A stretch of 64,000 nt of DNA, taken from the NCBI GenBank assembly GCA_963702845.1, contig OY969763.1:4768001-4832000 (forward strand). The letters run 5' to 3'. Made by a program: the position numbers and the translations under genes. This document shows positions 60,813 through 64,000 of the stretch, piece by piece. Each line of letters starts with the position of its first letter. Positions within the stretch are counted from its first letter, which is position 1. The notes beneath the pieces are model-generated. The model saw nothing but the letters and a program-made list of their open reading frames with translations. It had not been told where the DNA came from and ran no database searches. The DNA is from an uncultured Verrucomicrobiae bacterium (lineage in GTDB: Bacteria > Verrucomicrobiota > Verrucomicrobiia > Limisphaerales > Palsa-1400).

Positions 60813-62260
60813 CGCCGTGGGAAAGGTATTTTCTGATCGGGCGGCGCGCGGGTTGTCCGAAGGATCAGATGCAACGGTTTGAGCGGGCGGACGTCGTCTT
60901 GCAGGAGCGTCAGCTTGCGGCCAGCGCGGCGGCGCGACTTTGCGACGGTGCCGATGGGCCGACGGCGATCGGCTACGGCGGCGCACGTGGTGGTGGCAAG
61001 TCGCATTGGTTGCTTGGACAGATGGGCGTCGATGATTGTCAGCGTGTGCCAGGGTTGAAATGTTTGCTGCTGCGCAAGGTCGGCAAGGCGAACCTTGAGC
61101 ACTTCGAGGATCTGCGGCGAAAGTTGTTCACGAAACTCGGTCACGAGTTCTCGGCGTTTCGGGGAATCCTGACGTTCAACAATGGATCGCGCATCATCGC
61201 TGGGCATTTCCAGAACGAGAAGGACATCGACGCGTATCTCGGGCTTGAATACGACGTTATCGGCATAGAAGAGGCGACGACGTTGACGGCGCGCAAATAC
61301 CAGGACATCACGACGTGTTGTCGGACGAGCAAACCGAATTGGCGGCCGCGTATCTATTCGACGACGAATCCGGGCGGCGTCGGTCACGGCTGGTATCGAA
61401 CGAGGTTCGTTCTCCCGTTCTTGAACAAGGCGGAAACGGAAACGAGGTTTGTGGCGGCGCGTGTGACTGACAACCGGTGGAACAACCCGGAGTATATCCG
61501 GGTGCTGCAGGGTCTGAGCGGTTGGCAGCGTCGCGCGTGGCTGGATGGCGACTGGGACATCGCGGCGGGGCAGTTCTTCACGACGTTGCGGCGCGATGTG
61601 CATGTGGTTGAGGATTTCGATGACAGGCGCGCGCGGGAATGGTTCTGTGCGTTAGACTATGGATTTGCGCATTACACTGTGGTGTTGCTCGGCTGCACGG
61701 ATTGTGATGGGAACGTTTTCGTCGTGGATGAACACGCGGAACGGCTCTGGTTGCCGCAACGTCATGCGGCGGCAATCAAGGCGATGGTGCAACGGCACAA
61801 AACGGTTGCGAATCGCGCCGGAAGTTCCGGTTCCCATTTGCAAATTGCGGATTTGAAACGGTTCGTTGCTGGTGCGGATGTGTTCTCGCGTCAGAGCGAT
61901 GGCACGACGATTGCCGCGCAGTATGCGAAGCACGGAATCACGCTGCGGTGCGCGAACACAGACCGCATCAACGGCTGGGCTGAGATTCTGCATCGTCTCG
62001 GCGACACGAACGTCGTGCTCGCACCGATCGTCGGTCTCGCAGTGGGAGGAACGAAGCCTACGCTTTTCATTCACAAACGATGCGGGCGGCTGATTGAGAC
62101 GCTGCCAGCGCTGCAACATGATCCCCATCGCCCTGAGGATGTGTTGAAGGTCGACGCCGACGATGATGGCGTCGGCGGCGATGATGCGGCGGATGCGTTG
62201 CGTTACCTGGTGGCGACGAAAGCACGAAGTGTCGTCGCGAGGAAGTTGAGCGGGTTTTGA
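60809..62260 (+). CDS. terL: Terminase large subunit
   Basis: YGGARGGGKS, IGIEEAT, TTNPGGVGH, ALDYG, DDAADALRY. Confidence 0.92.
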   Translation: MTPWERYFLIGRRAGCPKDQMQRFERADVVLQERQLAASAAARLCDGADGPTAIGYGGARGGGKSHWLLGQMGVDDCQRVPGLKCLLLRKVGKANLEHFEDLRRKLFTKLGHEFSAFRGILTFNNGSRIIAGHFQNEKDIDAYLGLEYDVIGIEEATTLTARKYQDITTCCRTSKPNWRPRIYSTTNPGGVGHGWYRTRFVLPFLNKAETETRFVAARVTDNRWNNPEYIRVLQGLSGWQRRAWLDGDWDIAAGQFFTTLRRDVHVVEDFDDRRAREWFCALDYGFAHYTVVLLGCTDCDGNVFVVDEHAERLWLPQRHAAAIKAMVQRHKTVANRAGSSGSHLQIADLKRFVAGADVFSRQSDGTTIAAQYAKHGITLRCANTDRINGWAEILHRLGDTNVVLAPIVGLAVGGTKPTLFIHKRCGRLIETLPALQHDPHRPEDVLKVDADDDGVGGDDAADALRYLVATKARSVVARKLSGF

Positions 62261-62387
62261 GAAAGCGAAAACTCCGGGTGCGGCCGCAAAGCAATGGAAT
62301 ACCGGCCTGGTGTTTCGGGGAAAACAGTTAAAAATAATACCAAACGGATTCGGGTTGTTCCTTTACCGGAAGCGGTGAGTGTTCTGA

Positions 62388-62642
62388 ATGATGACAAAAA
62401 CGCGTGTTGAGGACCGGGAAGGGCCAGTGGGAAAGATTTTTGAAAAGCAGGCTTCAAAAATTCCGTCGGATATTTTCATGTGGGCGGCCGGTGGCTCAAT
62501 CGTTGCATCGCTAGCGCTCAAATTGGCCAAGCGCGATCATGAGGCGCTGTTCGTGGGACAATGGGCTCCAACATTTCTTGTGTTGGGATTGTTCAACAAA
62601 TTATTGAAGGTGGCGGGTAGTGAGCACGCAGAAAACGCGTAA
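62388..62642 (+). CDS. Conserved small membrane protein
   Basis: EG...KIPSDIFMWAAGGSI...FVGQWAPTFLVLGLFNKL, a pattern I recognise from widespread hypothetical proteins. Confidence 0.75.
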   Translation: MMTKTRVEDREGPVGKIFEKQASKIPSDIFMWAAGGSIVASLALKLAKRDHEALFVGQWAPTFLVLGLFNKLLKVAGSEHAENA

Positions 62643-63657
62643 GGGCTAACGCGTCCCATAATTAAAGTCCCAAGCGACCCCGCCTAACTTCCTCTTCGGG
62701 AAGCTGCGGAGTGGAGGCGTGGCGTGAAGAATGCAAATTCAGTTGGCGCGATCGCTGCGGCTGGCTCGGCGGGGAAGGAGACAGCCATTGTCAGCGAGCG
62801 TGCCAAGTGAATTTCCCTGCGTGGCATAAGGCAATATTGTGCGACAAATCCGGTTCGCATCAGTGGGTCTCGCGGGTCCCGCTGGTGCGATGCGTTATTT
62901 CGCAACGGATTTTCTGCACAATGTTTCTTATGTCTTAGCAGTGGTTCGCAAGGCAGACGCCCAGACGCGCAGGTGCGAGCCGCACTGGCCACATCGATCA
63001 TCGTAGCGTCTGCCGGTTCTTCATGACATGCTGGAACGGAGCTTAGTAATTTCTCGCGGGGTCGCATCAACACGGTTCGCGGTGGTCGCGGCTCTCTGAC
63101 GTGTGCGCGGAAGTCGAGGATGTCGCCGTCGTTCGTGCGGGTGTTAGCACACGGCCACGTGGGGCGAACGGGAAGGCGATACCGCAGGCTTTTGCGCAGA
63201 GGTCAGACTAAAGATGGGAGGCCTGCACATGACTGCGACGCGGCGAAGGTCAGCGAGCTTGCGAGCGTTTCCGTAGCTAGTCGCAGTGATGTGCTGGCCT
63301 TGGGGAATGGCCAGTCTCCACAGATTTGAAACGTCGGAACGGAGCGGAAATGGAGGCGTGATGGAAGCGGAGTTGTTCGCTGACACGCGCCGCAATGTAG
63401 CGAAGTGGAGCGTTTTTAATTTGTGGAGTCTGGCGTGCTTGCGCACGGCCACGTTCCGCACGAGGACGTGCGTGGGGCTGCGCAAGGGTGAGGACATTGA
63501 CGGTGGCTTGCCACGATGGAGCGGCGCAGCAAGCGACAATCGAGTCGATGGCATCACGCTTGTGCAGCGGGGGATGGTTCCGTTGTATTATTTCGTCGTT
63601 TGAAAAGAATGACGATTTGCAATAGCCCAAAAATACGATTCTCCAAGTGGGTAGGGA

Positions 63658-63828
63658 CTAATTGGATTTTCGGTAGGAGCGAACCAGGTCCCAAAGCAAA
63701 CCGGTTACGCCAATCGCCCATAGGCACCAGATCCAAGCAGGTATTCCTTTGGAGAAACCAGAAGCAACAACTCCTGCTATTATTAGCATGACGCAAGAAT
63801 CCCCAATGGTGCTAGTGCGTTTTTTCAT
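63658..63828 (-). CDS. Possible 56-aa two-TM protein
   Basis: Read manually (below ORF-track cutoff): MKKRTSTIGDSCVMLIIAGVVASGFSKGIPAWIWCLWAIGVTGLLWDLVRSYRKSN. Confidence 0.35.
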   Translation of the reverse strand: MKKRTSTIGDSCVMLIIAGVVASGFSKGIPAWIWCLWAIGVTGLLWDLVRSYRKSN

Positions 63829-64000
63829 AAGTTTTTTATGGTCTGAAACGACTGAAATCCTGACAGCCGTTATAGGGCGGCATTGTTTGACACGATATAA
63901 CTAATCGTAAAATGGAGCAATTGCATTTGGCGAACCAACTTCCTAACACGGCTAAGCGGTGGTTTGTCAGCGCGTGCCAGAGCAAGCTTGCGTGCGGGGT

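Larger units (their letters stand above)
60123..63158 (+). repeat. Dispersed motif GTGTTAGCACACGG (3 exact copies)
   Basis: 60124-60137, 60217-60230, 63141-63154; the outer two share 19 bp GGTGTTAGCACACGGCCAC. Confidence 0.85.
46648..64000. mobile_element. tRNA-Met-integrated phage-satellite/prophage-like element (right end not in window)
   Basis: att fragment + tyrosine integrase + cargo + HTH/xis + primase + AAA_25 helicase + terS/terL; no second att copy seen. Confidence 0.85.

Noticed and set aside
60740..61603. 287-aa minus-strand ORF
   Set aside because: Antisense shadow of terL
62650..63640. Several 70-137-aa ORFs after terL (possible portal or capsid)
   Set aside because: Mutually overlapping, no motifs, too short for portal or capsid; likely non-coding or decayed

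Overview
Bacterial chromosomal segment. It is probably Verrucomicrobiota (Pedosphaera-like); this is inferred from three CxPxR sulfatases, prepilin-type H-X-DG proteins and the gene content, and no marker gene proves it. Bases 1-46.6 kb hold mostly housekeeping and envelope genes (aroB, trpG, thiD, pyrE, ubiD-family, His6-type hisA, ptsI, sppA, prfB with its programmed +1 frameshift, trpC). They also hold a compact four-gene WXG100 + EccC/EssC-like FtsK ATPase locus (24.9-29.8 kb, a minimal type VII-like system in a probable diderm) and a DUF2946/CruR-like leader gene ahead of a Cys-rich outer-membrane barrel. At 46648 the displaced 3' half of an initiator tRNA-Met marks the att site of an integrated phage-satellite-like element that appears to continue past the window end. 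The element carries a tyrosine integrase, a defence-like cargo block, an HTH/xis-primase-helicase operon and a terS/terL pair, with no capsid or portal gene in view. The cargo block comprises HigBA-IrrE, a coupled GIY-YIG-RAMA + ADP-ribosyltransferase-like pair, and a QatB-like + QueC/QatC-like pair whose enzyme is fused to a putative DNA-binding tail and sits next to tandem palindromes. Many genes carry single-base frameshifts, most likely long-read indel errors. All family assignments come from motif recognition by eye, not from database searches.
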